A DNA stretch of 64,000 nucleotides from NCBI GenBank assembly GCA_965205015.1, contig OZ242029.1, forward strand, positions 4,992,001 through 5,056,000, in the 5' to 3' direction. Numbering within the stretch: position 1 is the stretch's first letter; every line of letters begins with the position of its first letter. Source of the stretch: Candidatus Poribacteria bacterium. Lineage in GTDB: Bacteria; Poribacteria; WGA-4E; WGA-3G. The position numbers and the translations under genes are program-made. This document shows, piece by piece, positions 9,282 through 18,918 of this stretch. Below the pieces are notes generated by a model. It ran no database searches, was not told the DNA's origin, and saw nothing but the letters and a program-made list of their open reading frames with translations.

Positions 9282-10022
9282 CTACCATCTACGGGTAAAA
9301 TTCATTCTACCGGTAAGTCCTGTTTGACCTTCGTCCTTTTTGGTTTCATACCCAACATATATGCCGAGTGTATTATTCTCGCCATAACCGATGTTCACAC
9401 GTCCGCCGAAATTGAGAGCCCACAATCCACCCCCCTCACCGAGACCGAGCACGGATTCAAACTGTGGACCCACCGCGACAGTTTCGTTTAAAGCGTATGT
9501 AAGGTACGTCCGGTTGTAGACTTCATCAAGGGTTTCGCTATCAAATATGGTTTTGATTGTGCTGATTGTCCAATGGAAGCCGAAGATTTTACCGGCGGGT
9601 AGGATCACAAAGATTTGTGGGTATAAGGCATAGGGGCCATCTGGACTGACATAATTGAACCCGACACCGAGCATCGGTGTTAGCAGCAGTGCCATGCTGT
9701 CATTCGCGATAACAGGGAATGAAACGCCCATATCAAACTCGCCCAAATGATCGTTCACATAGATATTAGAATCAAATGAAATACCACCGCTGAGCGGATG
9801 ACTTGCACCAACCAAAAAATAGGTGCCTAAACTATCAACATCAATTTGGAACCAGCCTGTTATCTTCGGTTTTTCTTCTGCTTTTTCACCTTCCATTTCA
9901 TGACCATCGGCGAAGGCAGTAGAGAAGTTGGTAATAGATATTATACAAATTAGTACCCCGATAGCAATTAACCGAAAGCCATTATTGATAGCCCGTGCAA
10001 GGCAGATGAAATGATTGTTCAT
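9282..10022 (-). CDS. putative outer-membrane beta-barrel protein (paralog B)
   Basis: Signal peptide AFA-DGH; shares GWF..D.DSLGT, VGASH, VGPQ.E, GYGENNTLG and TGRM.F.R.W with 6590-7312. Confidence 0.65.
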   Translation of the reverse strand: MNNHFICLARAINNGFRLIAIGVLICIISITNFSTAFADGHEMEGEKAEEKPKITGWFQIDVDSLGTYFLVGASHPLSGGISFDSNIYVNDHLGEFDMGVSFPVIANDSMALLLTPMLGVGFNYVSPDGPYALYPQIFVILPAGKIFGFHWTISTIKTIFDSETLDEVYNRTYLTYALNETVAVGPQFESVLGLGEGGGLWALNFGGRVNIGYGENNTLGIYVGYETKKDEGQTGLTGRMNFTRRW

Positions 10023-10106
10023 GAAAATCTCCTTTTTAAGGGGTGTCGGTTGTTAGTTAAGAGGTAAACTGTTAAACGAAAGTTCGCTTTAACCGACGCC
10101 TATTTT

Positions 10107-10796
10107 TTATTCAGCTTGCCCGACCTGTTCCATAAGCCGTTCCAGCTTACTCGGATCTTTGACCCCTTTTGATGCTTCGACGCCGGAACAGAGGTCGATG
10201 CCGTGAGGTCGGATTGTTTCAATAGCGGCTTTGACGTTCTCTGGACGAATCCCACCTGCAAAGAAGACTGGCAGCGGACTTTCTGTAATGAGTTCAGCAG
10301 CGACATTCCAATCACAGGTTTTTCCCGTGCCACCGTATCTCGGTTTCTCAAGACTCACATCAACGCTATCAAAGAGTAGAAAATCCGCACCGGCATCCCG
10401 GTATGCCTGCATCTCTGTGCGTACAGCCGGTATATCTACATTTTCAGGACTTCCGGCTGGCAAATAGACAGACTTCCAGAATTCACAGGTGCCTGTGCGC
10501 TTGAGTTCCTCAACCTGCTGTGGTGCCTCCTGTCCGAGGAGTTGAACGGCAAACGGCTGAACTTGTGAAATGATTTCTTGGATGTCGGATGTTGAGCGGT
10601 TATAGAGTAGAATTACGGTAGGAATCGGACTTCCGCTGGCAATTTCGGCGGCTTGCGTCGCGGAGCGGGTCCGTTCAGAGACGGCAACATCCACCAACAC
10701 GCCGATGTAATCCGCACCAGCATCGGCGGCAAGTCGAGCATCATGGATAGAAGTGATGCCGCAGATTTTAACACTGCAGCGGGATTCTTTGGACAT
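10107..10796 (-). CDS. trpF: phosphoribosylanthranilate isomerase
   Basis: VKICGIT, GADYIG, LFDS...GGTGKTCDW, FAGGIRPENV, GIDLCSGVE. Confidence 0.9.
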   Translation of the reverse strand: MSKESRCSVKICGITSIHDARLAADAGADYIGVLVDVAVSERTRSATQAAEIASGSPIPTVILLYNRSTSDIQEIISQVQPFAVQLLGQEAPQQVEELKRTGTCEFWKSVYLPAGSPENVDIPAVRTEMQAYRDAGADFLLFDSVDVSLEKPRYGGTGKTCDWNVAAELITESPLPVFFAGGIRPENVKAAIETIRPHGIDLCSGVEASKGVKDPSKLERLMEQVGQAE

Positions 10797-10862
10797 CTTT
10801 TAATTATACCTTTTAGTGAGATAGAGTCGGGATTACAAATCCCGCCTACGGAAGCGTCGCTT

Positions 10863-11222
10863 TTACTCTTCAAAAACGGTTTGGCGATCGGCATCTGAAT
10901 AACAGATAATCATCGTTACGGGTTGCCAACCGGTGTTGACGGCATTGTGTTTGACATTGCGCGGAATACGCAGCATCATCCCCGGCCTGAGCGGAATAAT
11001 CTCATCTCCCAATTTGTGATCGCATTCACCGGAGAGCACATAGATAAGTTCCTCACAATTTGGATGGTAGTGGGTCGGATTGCCTTCCCCCGCATTAATA
11101 TAGACGACCCCGAATGTCATCTCAGCTTCAGGATCAATTTGATCGTTACAGAGCCACTTAATGGCGCCCCACGGAAATTCAAGTGCTCCAGCATCGTTAC
11201 TGTTGGTTAAAGTTATCTCCAT
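10863..11222 (-). CDS. cupin domain protein
   Basis: HYHPNCEELIYVLSG and PRNVKH cupin motifs. Confidence 0.85.
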   Translation of the reverse strand: MEITLTNSNDAGALEFPWGAIKWLCNDQIDPEAEMTFGVVYINAGEGNPTHYHPNCEELIYVLSGECDHKLGDEIIPLRPGMMLRIPRNVKHNAVNTGWQPVTMIICYSDADRQTVFEE

Positions 11223-11280
11223 AGCGGTTTCCTTCCTATCTTTTGAGTAAAGCTCACAATTAAGTTTACACTCTCTAATG

Positions 11281-11306
11281 TGGCGAGGTTAGGAAACCTC
11301 GCCAGC
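11281..11306. repeat. REP-like hairpin GGCGAGGTT-loop-AACCTCGCCAGC
   Basis: Copies at 12197-12223, 34322-34370 (with insert) and split at 32315/32453. Confidence 0.75.
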
Positions 11307-11317
11307 GAGGGTTTCAA

Positions 11318-12154
11318 TTATACATTGAAACACGCTAAACATTGCGCTGCATAAGCCTTCAACGCTATTATCGGTTTTTCATGCAGGTAACCGACGGGGG
11401 CACATATAGCCCGCACAGTGTCGATTTGCATATCAAGTGCCTGATGGGTATGTCCGAAGAGCGCATGTGTGACAAGCGGCTCCTGCAAGCACTGCGCCCC
11501 AAGGTGTTTGCTGCCCATGAAAGCCCGGAAAAAATCCCACGGTAACTCACCCCGGTATCGGATACACTCCCGAAACGGGACATGGTGCGTGACGACAATA
11601 ATACGTGATACATCCTTCCGAATAGAGGCAATCTGCGCCCCAAGAGATGCTTCAAAGCGTCGGGCGACCGCTGGATCGGTATCATTCCATTTGGCATACC
11701 GCTTATCGTTCCAGACGGCTCCCATCAACTCTTTTTCGGCGTATTGATCGTCGGAAAAATCGTAACCCTCTGGAGCGAAACTATAATCGTACCAGCCGAT
11801 AGTCCCACAGAAACCGACTTTCTCCCTGATAAAGGGTTCGTCCATCAAGGGATGAAATCCGCAGGCATGACAGAGTTCCGAAATAATTCCGCACTTCTGT
11901 TCACTCGTAACGTCAGTCGTCTCAATAGCCCAAATGTCGTGGTTACCGGGGACGAACAATTTCTCACACCTCAGATCCGCAAGGTGAAAGGCATTCAGCG
12001 TTTCGGAGAGTTGAACCAAATGCCGTGCGAGATCTCCGGCAAGCACTAAAACATCAAGTTCTGCTGCCCGAACAGCCGCAATAAGATGTGGAACCAGTGC
12101 TTTGTTCCAAGGCGTAACGTCCGTGTGTAAGTCTGAAATGAGACCAATCTTCAT
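11318..12154 (-). CDS. calcineurin-like metallophosphoesterase
   Basis: SDLH, AGDL, PGNHD, THH, FGHTH motifs. Confidence 0.9.
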   Translation of the reverse strand: MKIGLISDLHTDVTPWNKALVPHLIAAVRAAELDVLVLAGDLARHLVQLSETLNAFHLADLRCEKLFVPGNHDIWAIETTDVTSEQKCGIISELCHACGFHPLMDEPFIREKVGFCGTIGWYDYSFAPEGYDFSDDQYAEKELMGAVWNDKRYAKWNDTDPAVARRFEASLGAQIASIRKDVSRIIVVTHHVPFRECIRYRGELPWDFFRAFMGSKHLGAQCLQEPLVTHALFGHTHQALDMQIDTVRAICAPVGYLHEKPIIALKAYAAQCLACFNV

Positions 12155-12162
12155 TAGCAGTT

Positions 12163-12282
12163 TTTATAGTAAAGTCCACAATTACGTGAACACAAGGGCG
12201 AGGTTAGAAACCTCGCCAGCGGGACCTGGGAGGGTGCTGCGATTTCCTAAAATGCCAACTTATTTTTCGGCTTTACTATAAA
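12163..12282. repeat. MITE-like shell (TTTATAGTAAAG / CTTTACTATAAA) enclosing a REP hairpin
   Basis: 12-bp inverted termini; right-arm relatives at ~18159-18181 and ~45068-45090. Confidence 0.55.
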
Positions 12283-12283
12283 A

Positions 12284-13732
12284 TTACATCGATTCCTCTT
12301 CCAGACTTCTGAATATCTCATCCAGAAAGATACGCACCCCACTCTCATCGTCCTGTTGGTACTGTTGAAGTTGGCGTTCCAACGCTCGGATAGAAGGGGC
12401 GTCACCGATTTTGGCAACTGCGTCGACGAGGGTGAGTTGAATCGCGGATTCAGTGCTATTTTCCAAGGCATTAATCAATCGATCTCTCGCCTTAGATCCA
12501 CCAATGCTCCCGAGTGCGGAAGCAGCGATATCCTTCGTGCTGGTGTCTCCGTTTTCAAACGCAGTAATAAGCGTATCAACAGCGGGTTCACCAATCTGAC
12601 TGAGTGCTAATCCAGCTTGGAAGCGGATGCCCGGAATTTCCACAGCATTTTCAAGAACCGCGATGAGGGCATCAATGGCAGAAACCGGTTTGAGAATTCC
12701 GAGTATAGAAAGACAAGCGCGTCGAATTTCTTGCTCGGGTTCCACTTCAATTTGGATGTATTCTTGCGCGAGTTCAGCGAGTTGCCCTTCGTTAATTTTT
12801 TGATAAAGTGCTTCGGACCTGTGTCTGAATTGCGTCCCGAAGGGTGCCTTAAGGGTGGCAGTATTCTCGGTTCTATCCACAGTGAGTAACCCCAGGATCG
12901 CAGCAGATTCTAATTGTTGTGCCTGAAGACTATCGGCTGGCAGTTGGTTGACGTCCGCGCTTTGAAACTCCTGAAAAAGGTCGTTAAGGACGCTCAATTC
13001 AACGAGGTGTTGAAGACTATTAATTGCCTCTTTCCGGAGCGAGAACTCGGTGCTATTTTTGAAGAGGTCCACGAGTGGTTCAATCGCCCGGACATCGCCT
13101 AAATCGCCGAGTGCGTCCACAGCGGCAATCTTCACACCTATGAGCTCAGTTGTTCGGAAAGTAAATTGCCTTTTAGCAAATTTGTCGAGTGTCTTCTTGT
13201 AATCATCAAGGCTATAAATTTTGCGTTCATCGACAATTTTCTCAACGATGTCCCCTACCTGAATATCGGTATTTGCCGCCGGGGTACCGGGTAAAACTTC
13301 CTTGACCCGCACAGTTCCACTGCCTTCAACGCTGAGTCCGACCTTATCCCCCTGTCTGCGGAGCGCGATCCGCAGGGGGGGTTTATCTTTTAGATAAAGA
13401 ATGAAGTTATTATCCTCATCGAGTGCCTCCTTCATTGCCCCGTTAAAGTCGCCGACCTCTCGAACAGGATATTCTGCGATGACATACGAGATGAGTTCAC
13501 CCGTCTCCAGTTGCGCTCTATCAGCGGGCCCGTTGGGGGTCGTATTCAAAACAACGACACCACTGGTTGACCAGCGGTCCTTCAGGTCGCTGTCTAACTG
13601 CTGCACCTGCATTTTCAGGTGTTCATCGTAATGCTGATTATCACACCCGAGTCCGAGCATCAGTACAAAGAGGAGTGGCACGATAAACACCGAGGGGTGA
13701 GGTTTGTTAAACCGTGTTATTTTTATTCGCAT
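12284..13732 (-). CDS. lipoprotein with two PDZ-like domains and HEAT repeats
   Basis: Lipobox LGLGC; PNGPADRAQLETGELI and PGTPAANTDIQVGDIV PDZ motifs; ALG.IG HEAT repeats. Confidence 0.75.
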   Translation of the reverse strand: MRIKITRFNKPHPSVFIVPLLFVLMLGLGCDNQHYDEHLKMQVQQLDSDLKDRWSTSGVVVLNTTPNGPADRAQLETGELISYVIAEYPVREVGDFNGAMKEALDEDNNFILYLKDKPPLRIALRRQGDKVGLSVEGSGTVRVKEVLPGTPAANTDIQVGDIVEKIVDERKIYSLDDYKKTLDKFAKRQFTFRTTELIGVKIAAVDALGDLGDVRAIEPLVDLFKNSTEFSLRKEAINSLQHLVELSVLNDLFQEFQSADVNQLPADSLQAQQLESAAILGLLTVDRTENTATLKAPFGTQFRHRSEALYQKINEGQLAELAQEYIQIEVEPEQEIRRACLSILGILKPVSAIDALIAVLENAVEIPGIRFQAGLALSQIGEPAVDTLITAFENGDTSTKDIAASALGSIGGSKARDRLINALENSTESAIQLTLVDAVAKIGDAPSIRALERQLQQYQQDDESGVRIFLDEIFRSLEEESM

Positions 13733-13781
13733 TTTTTAATTCTTCCTTAGCGGTTAAATGACGCGGGTAAGGGCTCACAAT

Positions 13782-14666
13782 TCAGTTAAGAGGGATGACG
13801 ACATCCCGGCTGCTCTGTTCTTTTAGAGCGTCTAAGAGCGGTTCGACAACTTTTTCGTCACCGAGGACTGCCAATGCCCGAATCGCATCAACACGCAGCG
13901 AGGACCCCTTATTCTGCACAATTTTGACTAATTCCGGCACAGCGCCCCCCCCAATTCTGCCGAGTGCTTCCACAGCAAGTTGGCGCACTTCAGGTTCCTC
14001 CCGATCGCGTTTCCATTTGGCAGACCCGGACTCAATTAAGGCGGCGAGTGCTGGAATTGCTTGTTCACTTCCAACCTCTCCGAGCGCCTTGACGGCATTC
14101 AAGCGAGTTTCCATTCTTCGATGATCCAAAAGTTTTACCAAAATAGGCACAATCGTCCCTGGATCCTCCTTCCCGAGATGTCCAAGTATCCAATGCGCAT
14201 TATGTCTATCGCGATTGTCGCTCGACTTAATCGCCTTTTGGAGTTGGCTGAGGAGTCGATTCCGGTCGCCTTGCTTATAGACCCGCTTCAGCGCATCAAG
14301 CGCAGCATTTTGGACATCCAAGTCATCATCACGGAGTGTCTCAAAAACGAGTCTTTCGAGGTACTTCCGCTGTTCGGCTTTATATGCGAGGAACATCTGC
14401 TCACCTCGCGCAGGGATCGACGCTTCCTGCCAATCAGTGGTATTCGGCTCGTAAAATTCTTGCGAGTTGTAGTATCCAAGCAGATAGTGTGCCTCAGCGC
14501 TATCAATCTGTTGCTGGAGCGCAAGTTTAAATTCTCGGACGGCGCGTTCCTCTTTGCGTCGTTTATCCGATTTAATCAGTTCTTTACCCTTCGCGAGGTT
14601 CTCGTTCTGAGTACCGCACCCAATTACAAAGAGTGTCAGCACAAGGGCAAGCCAGATTTTCTTCAT
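13782..14666 (-). CDS. HEAT-repeat lipoprotein
   Basis: Lipobox FVIGC; repeats RLNAVKALGEVG, RQLAVEALGRIG, RVDAIRALAVLG; TPR-like AEAHYLLG. Confidence 0.8.
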   Translation of the reverse strand: MKKIWLALVLTLFVIGCGTQNENLAKGKELIKSDKRRKEERAVREFKLALQQQIDSAEAHYLLGYYNSQEFYEPNTTDWQEASIPARGEQMFLAYKAEQRKYLERLVFETLRDDDLDVQNAALDALKRVYKQGDRNRLLSQLQKAIKSSDNRDRHNAHWILGHLGKEDPGTIVPILVKLLDHRRMETRLNAVKALGEVGSEQAIPALAALIESGSAKWKRDREEPEVRQLAVEALGRIGGGAVPELVKIVQNKGSSLRVDAIRALAVLGDEKVVEPLLDALKEQSSRDVVIPLN

Positions 14667-14697
14667 AATTCATTTCTCCTATGCCACTGTCGGTCGA

Positions 14698-15243
14698 TTA
14701 GGCATCAAGAAGTTCCTGTTGTTCGCCGCCGGTTTCAGCAACTTGGTCCTCGGCTTCGCTTGTCTCTTCTTGTTCTTCGACTTCCTCTTGTTCTTCTGCA
14801 TCAAGTGCCTTCTGCAGGATAACAAGCGGCTTTTCAACGAAACCCCAATCCTTATATCTCTGGATGACATTCGTTTCCGTGGGCGTCAGCTCAATTTCAA
14901 GGGTTTTCGCGCCATTTTCTGCGGCGGCAGCCTCGGCAGCTTTCATGAGATGGTCGGCTATCCCCAACTGCCGAAAGGGTCCAGAAACAGCGAGATTCCC
15001 GACGTGAGCGACCTCAGCATCGCTGGAATTCTTGCTGACGGTAATCTGTCCGATCGGGTATCCACTCGACTCCGCAACGAGTCGATGGGTTCGACCCTCT
15101 GATTCTAAATCGGCTTGCAGCTCCTGCGTCACCTGTGTTTTGGTTTTTTCAGGAAAACAAAATGTGTGTAAATGTGCCGCATCACCTTCTTCCGCTGGGC
15201 GTACTTTGATTGCCCCAGCCACGTCAAAATCTTGATTTGCCAT
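14698..15243 (-). CDS. GNAT family N-acetyltransferase with acidic tail
   Basis: LAVSGPFRQLGIADHLM acetyl-CoA motif A; YKDWGF. Confidence 0.8.
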   Translation of the reverse strand: MANQDFDVAGAIKVRPAEEGDAAHLHTFCFPEKTKTQVTQELQADLESEGRTHRLVAESSGYPIGQITVSKNSSDAEVAHVGNLAVSGPFRQLGIADHLMKAAEAAAAENGAKTLEIELTPTETNVIQRYKDWGFVEKPLVILQKALDAEEQEEVEEQEETSEAEDQVAETGGEQQELLDA

Positions 15244-15463
15244 GTTATTCTCCTTTAATCTTTATCAAGATGCCGGTATTTTCGCGCACAGCACGGCAGT
15301 ACCTTTCAATAGCCAGCATCTATACCTATTATTTTGTCTCATTGTAATACAATTTGTTGCAGATTACAATTACTTTTCTCAGGACTCACGCACAGTGAAC
15401 AGAGAAAGGCTGTATTTAATTCGGGCGAGGGGACAAAGGAGTACCCGTTGAAAGCGAAACATC

Positions 15464-17920
15464 CTAAGAAGAAATTGGTGTTTCATCTTCTTCTTCAAAC
15501 TCATCAAAATCGTCAAGATCAATAAGCAGGGGCTGGTCGACAACTTCAACTTTTGTTTCCTCAAGGGTCTCCTGCCCAATTCGCAATTGTCGTTCCGCGT
15601 CCACAACATCTCTGTTAATTTTGCCAATACACCGGTTGAGTTTCTCAACGAGGACAGTGTGGCCATGCATCGCACGGCGGATTTGGCGGAGCTGGTCGAT
15701 GACGAGTCGAAAGGTTCTGACGAAGTCGCCAGCATCTAAATCGGCATATTTTTCAAGTTGGTCAAAGGCACAGCCTTGACTCCAAGCGAGCATAGCAGTG
15801 CAGAGCCGGAGTTCTAACAGGGGTGTGATTTCAGTTACCTTATGCTTAGCCTCTAAACGCTGTATGAACGAAATTTCAGAACTGACTGTATAAAGTGCCT
15901 CTAACACACGTTCGTCTTTGAGGGGCTTAAAGTATCCATCTTTACGAGGCTCCGTGATAATCGCTACCATGAGACAGTTAATTTCGTCTTCCGTCAACTG
16001 CTCAAAAAGTCCGCTAAATAGCAATTGGGTTAATTGGAGTTCATATCCGTAGATAGAAGCAGCGGTGCTTCCACGTGGCAGAACGGATTGGTCTTCAATG
16101 TATCCGAGTTCTTCAAGCACCTTCAGACGGGCGGCTATCTGCCGCTGTGGCTGGTTCTTCATAGATTTCGTCTTCTTTTTGATTTTCTGAAGCTGCGCAT
16201 CTGCCTGGCGAATTGCCGTATATCTTCCACCACACGTGTTCAAGTGCGGACATCCGGTACAAAGACTCTTCTCGGAATTCGTTTGAATACGTTTAATTTC
16301 TTTGCGAATGGTGTCCAGCCGCTTCAAGCGCTCCTTTTTCCGCCTTTTTCCTCGCTTCTGCGATCTGATTTGCGCCATCTCTCCATACAAACGCTGAATC
16401 TGGTGTCCACGACTTCGCTTCTGGCGAAGATGTTTCCGAATTTGCTGACTTCCATCAATACCCTCGTGAATACACTCGGGTTCAGGGAGCGTCTGAAGTT
16501 TTTTCGTTTTACTATTAATCTGCCTGCTGCGCTCAGCGACCCACACGCGGTTTTGATGATTACTCAGACTCATTGTGTAAACATCGTAAATGTCATCCCC
16601 ATATTTCTCGTAAAGGTTAAGAATGCTGGAATAGGAAAGATTGAATTGACTCTCTATGGGTTCAATCTTATTAGAAACAACCCCTTGAATTTCATCGACA
16701 TCGGCGTATGTAGGTATAATTTGCGCATAGACATAACCGATGGTATCTATACCGCGTCTGCCTGCGCGCCCTGACATCTGATGATATTCCCGCGCCTTGA
16801 GGTGTCGAAATCCGAACCCATCAAATTTTTCGAGGCTGTCAAAAACCACTGAGCAGGCTGGCATATTAATGCCAACGGCGAACGTTTCTGTGGTAAAAAG
16901 GAATTGGATCAATCCGGAGGTAAATAACCTTTCAACGATCTCTTTCAGCGTCGGTAGCATACCGGCGTGATGATAGGCGATGCCACAACTCACTAATTTA
17001 CGGAACTCTGCAATCTTGTTTTCCTCGGCGATGTCGAATTGGAGGCAGAGTTCATCAAATTGCTTTAAAATCTGTGCCGTCTGTTCTTCATTCAGCAGCT
17101 GTAACTGCGATCCGAACGCCAATGATTTTGCGTTTTCTTCACACCTCCTCCGACTAAAACAGAAATAGAGGCACGGAAATTGCTTCTCTTGACGGAGATG
17201 CGGAATCAGACGTGTCTCCACGAAGCCTGCGGGAAATGCCGGAAGGTTTCTATTTTCCAATACCCCAGAATTTCGTACCCCGATATCGTGCTGAGATATT
17301 TTTCGCAGGCGGGAGATGTGTGAGGTATCCCCAATGCCGTAATCTTTAAAATAGAGGTAATGTTTTAAAGGAACCGGACGCTTTAATTCCTCGACTATCT
17401 CAATGTCGATATCCCGCACGCTTTGCATCCACTCTGTGAAAGGATTAATGTTCGGGATTGTGGCACTCAGACAGACGAATTTAATATGTTGCGGGGCGAA
17501 AATGATACTCTCTTCCCAGACTGTTCCGCGCTCAATATCATTAATATAATGGATTTCGTCAAAGATGACGTAAGAAACGTCTTGTAACCGTTCAATATCG
17601 TCAAAGATGGTATTCCGAAAAATCTCGGTCGTCATCAACAGCACTTGCGCATACGGATTTAGGACCACATCGCCTGTAACAATGCCGATTTTTTCCCCAT
17701 ATTCGGCGTAAAAATCCCGATATTTTTGATTACTGAGGGCTTTGATCGGTGCGGTGTAGATAACGCGACGGTTCTCCTTAAGACATTTTTCAACGGCGTA
17801 CTCAGCAATAACAGTTTTACCCGCCCCTGTTGGGGCAGTGACAATCACTGAAGTATCCCGATTAATCGCCGCGATCGCTTCCTCTTGAAACCGATCCAGT
17901 TGTAACCCTTTGTAAAGCAT
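15464..17920 (-). CDS. Ski2-like DEAD/DEAH-box RNA helicase (HelY-like)
   Basis: APTGAGKT, PIKALSNQK, DEIH, LSAT, TETFAVGIN, QMSGRAGRRG, C-terminal DSHCT-like GDFVR. Confidence 0.92.
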   Translation of the reverse strand: MLYKGLQLDRFQEEAIAAINRDTSVIVTAPTGAGKTVIAEYAVEKCLKENRRVIYTAPIKALSNQKYRDFYAEYGEKIGIVTGDVVLNPYAQVLLMTTEIFRNTIFDDIERLQDVSYVIFDEIHYINDIERGTVWEESIIFAPQHIKFVCLSATIPNINPFTEWMQSVRDIDIEIVEELKRPVPLKHYLYFKDYGIGDTSHISRLRKISQHDIGVRNSGVLENRNLPAFPAGFVETRLIPHLRQEKQFPCLYFCFSRRRCEENAKSLAFGSQLQLLNEEQTAQILKQFDELCLQFDIAEENKIAEFRKLVSCGIAYHHAGMLPTLKEIVERLFTSGLIQFLFTTETFAVGINMPACSVVFDSLEKFDGFGFRHLKAREYHQMSGRAGRRGIDTIGYVYAQIIPTYADVDEIQGVVSNKIEPIESQFNLSYSSILNLYEKYGDDIYDVYTMSLSNHQNRVWVAERSRQINSKTKKLQTLPEPECIHEGIDGSQQIRKHLRQKRSRGHQIQRLYGEMAQIRSQKRGKRRKKERLKRLDTIRKEIKRIQTNSEKSLCTGCPHLNTCGGRYTAIRQADAQLQKIKKKTKSMKNQPQRQIAARLKVLEELGYIEDQSVLPRGSTAASIYGYELQLTQLLFSGLFEQLTEDEINCLMVAIITEPRKDGYFKPLKDERVLEALYTVSSEISFIQRLEAKHKVTEITPLLELRLCTAMLAWSQGCAFDQLEKYADLDAGDFVRTFRLVIDQLRQIRRAMHGHTVLVEKLNRCIGKINRDVVDAERQLRIGQETLEETKVEVVDQPLLIDLDDFDEFEEEDETPISS

Positions 17921-18100
17921 CCAACCCTCCCTTGCATTTCAAACCACCTCCGCACAATGGACAAGCAGTGTGAGGTGTAATGTTAAGAACAATTGTAATA
18001 GATACGTTATTTTTTGTCAAGCGAAATTTTCTCAAACCCAAGGCTATTTAGTTTTAAGGTTCTTGTGCAATTTATCGGAAAAGCCGGGAATCGGAGCATT

Positions 18101-18147
18101 AGGGGCAGGTACAAGACCTAAGGAAACACCGAAGCAAAAACCCCTAC
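18101..18147 (-). repeat. GTAG-type REP hairpin interrupted by the 20-nt module
   Basis: GGGGCAGGTACAAGACCT[AAGGAAACACCGAAGCAAAAA]CCCCTAC; uninterrupted form at 45035-45059. Confidence 0.7.
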
Positions 18148-18207
18148 AAGAGGTCTATTTATTTTTCGGGTTTACCATAAATGACCCTGCGTTTCTGTCG
18201 TTTCTCC

Positions 18208-18236
18208 TTGACATCCTCCACTTTTCATGTTACTAT
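18208..18236 (+). promoter_or_regulatory. putative sigma70 promoter
   Basis: TTGACA-N17-TACTAT. Confidence 0.6.
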
Positions 18237-18290
18237 AGGTATTAAGAGCGTTTAAACTGGGTTCCATATCAACGTTAGAGGTGAAAACTT

Positions 18291-18791
18291 ATGCAAAACG
18301 CTAAAGGGAGACGAAACCAAGGGTCGTCTATCTATGGCAAGCAGATCTTGGCGATTCTGATAAGTGTCGCGCTTTGTGGTGTTATCGCATGGGCACAAAA
18401 GCGTAATGATGAAAATAAGAAGGGCATCACCTTAGTAGATCTCGGCGTAACAGCGGCACAGAAAGCCCAACTTGAAGAATTGTGGGACCTGAAACGTCAA
18501 AAAGACATTCAGTCAATCAATGACTTGAAAACCTTAAATCGACTCGCCAAGGATTCGCTTGTAGAAGATATAGAAATTCAGAAAACCTTAGACGAATTCC
18601 GAGCGAAACGGCAGCAGATGCAAGGACAGATTGAAGAGATTGAGGAAGAATTGGTTCAGACATTACCGACTCAAGCGCAACTCCATTTAACACTGATGGG
18701 TGTGTTGGATAACGGTATCCCGCGCCGAACGAAGAAGCCACAAACCAACAAGACCCCAAACGCAGCACCTAAACCACCGTCAGAACAGTAG
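18291..18791 (+). CDS. secreted helical protein, Spy/CpxP-like
   Basis: Signal/TM segment; LGVTAAQKAQL and LPTQAQL resemble LTxxQ motifs. Confidence 0.5.
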   Translation: MQNAKGRRNQGSSIYGKQILAILISVALCGVIAWAQKRNDENKKGITLVDLGVTAAQKAQLEELWDLKRQKDIQSINDLKTLNRLAKDSLVEDIEIQKTLDEFRAKRQQMQGQIEEIEEELVQTLPTQAQLHLTLMGVLDNGIPRRTKKPQTNKTPNAAPKPPSEQ

Positions 18792-18805
18792 GTGCAATAA
18801 AAAAG

Positions 18806-18878
<73 letters not shown>

Positions 18879-18918
18879 ACACAAAGATTGTTTTAATTAT
18901 ATCACATATTCTCAGGGA

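Noticed and set aside
14061-14822. 253-aa plus-strand ORF
   Set aside because: Shadow of the HEAT lipoprotein and GNAT genes, with no recognisable motifs
16034-16774. 246-aa plus-strand ORF
   Set aside because: Antisense shadow of the helicase
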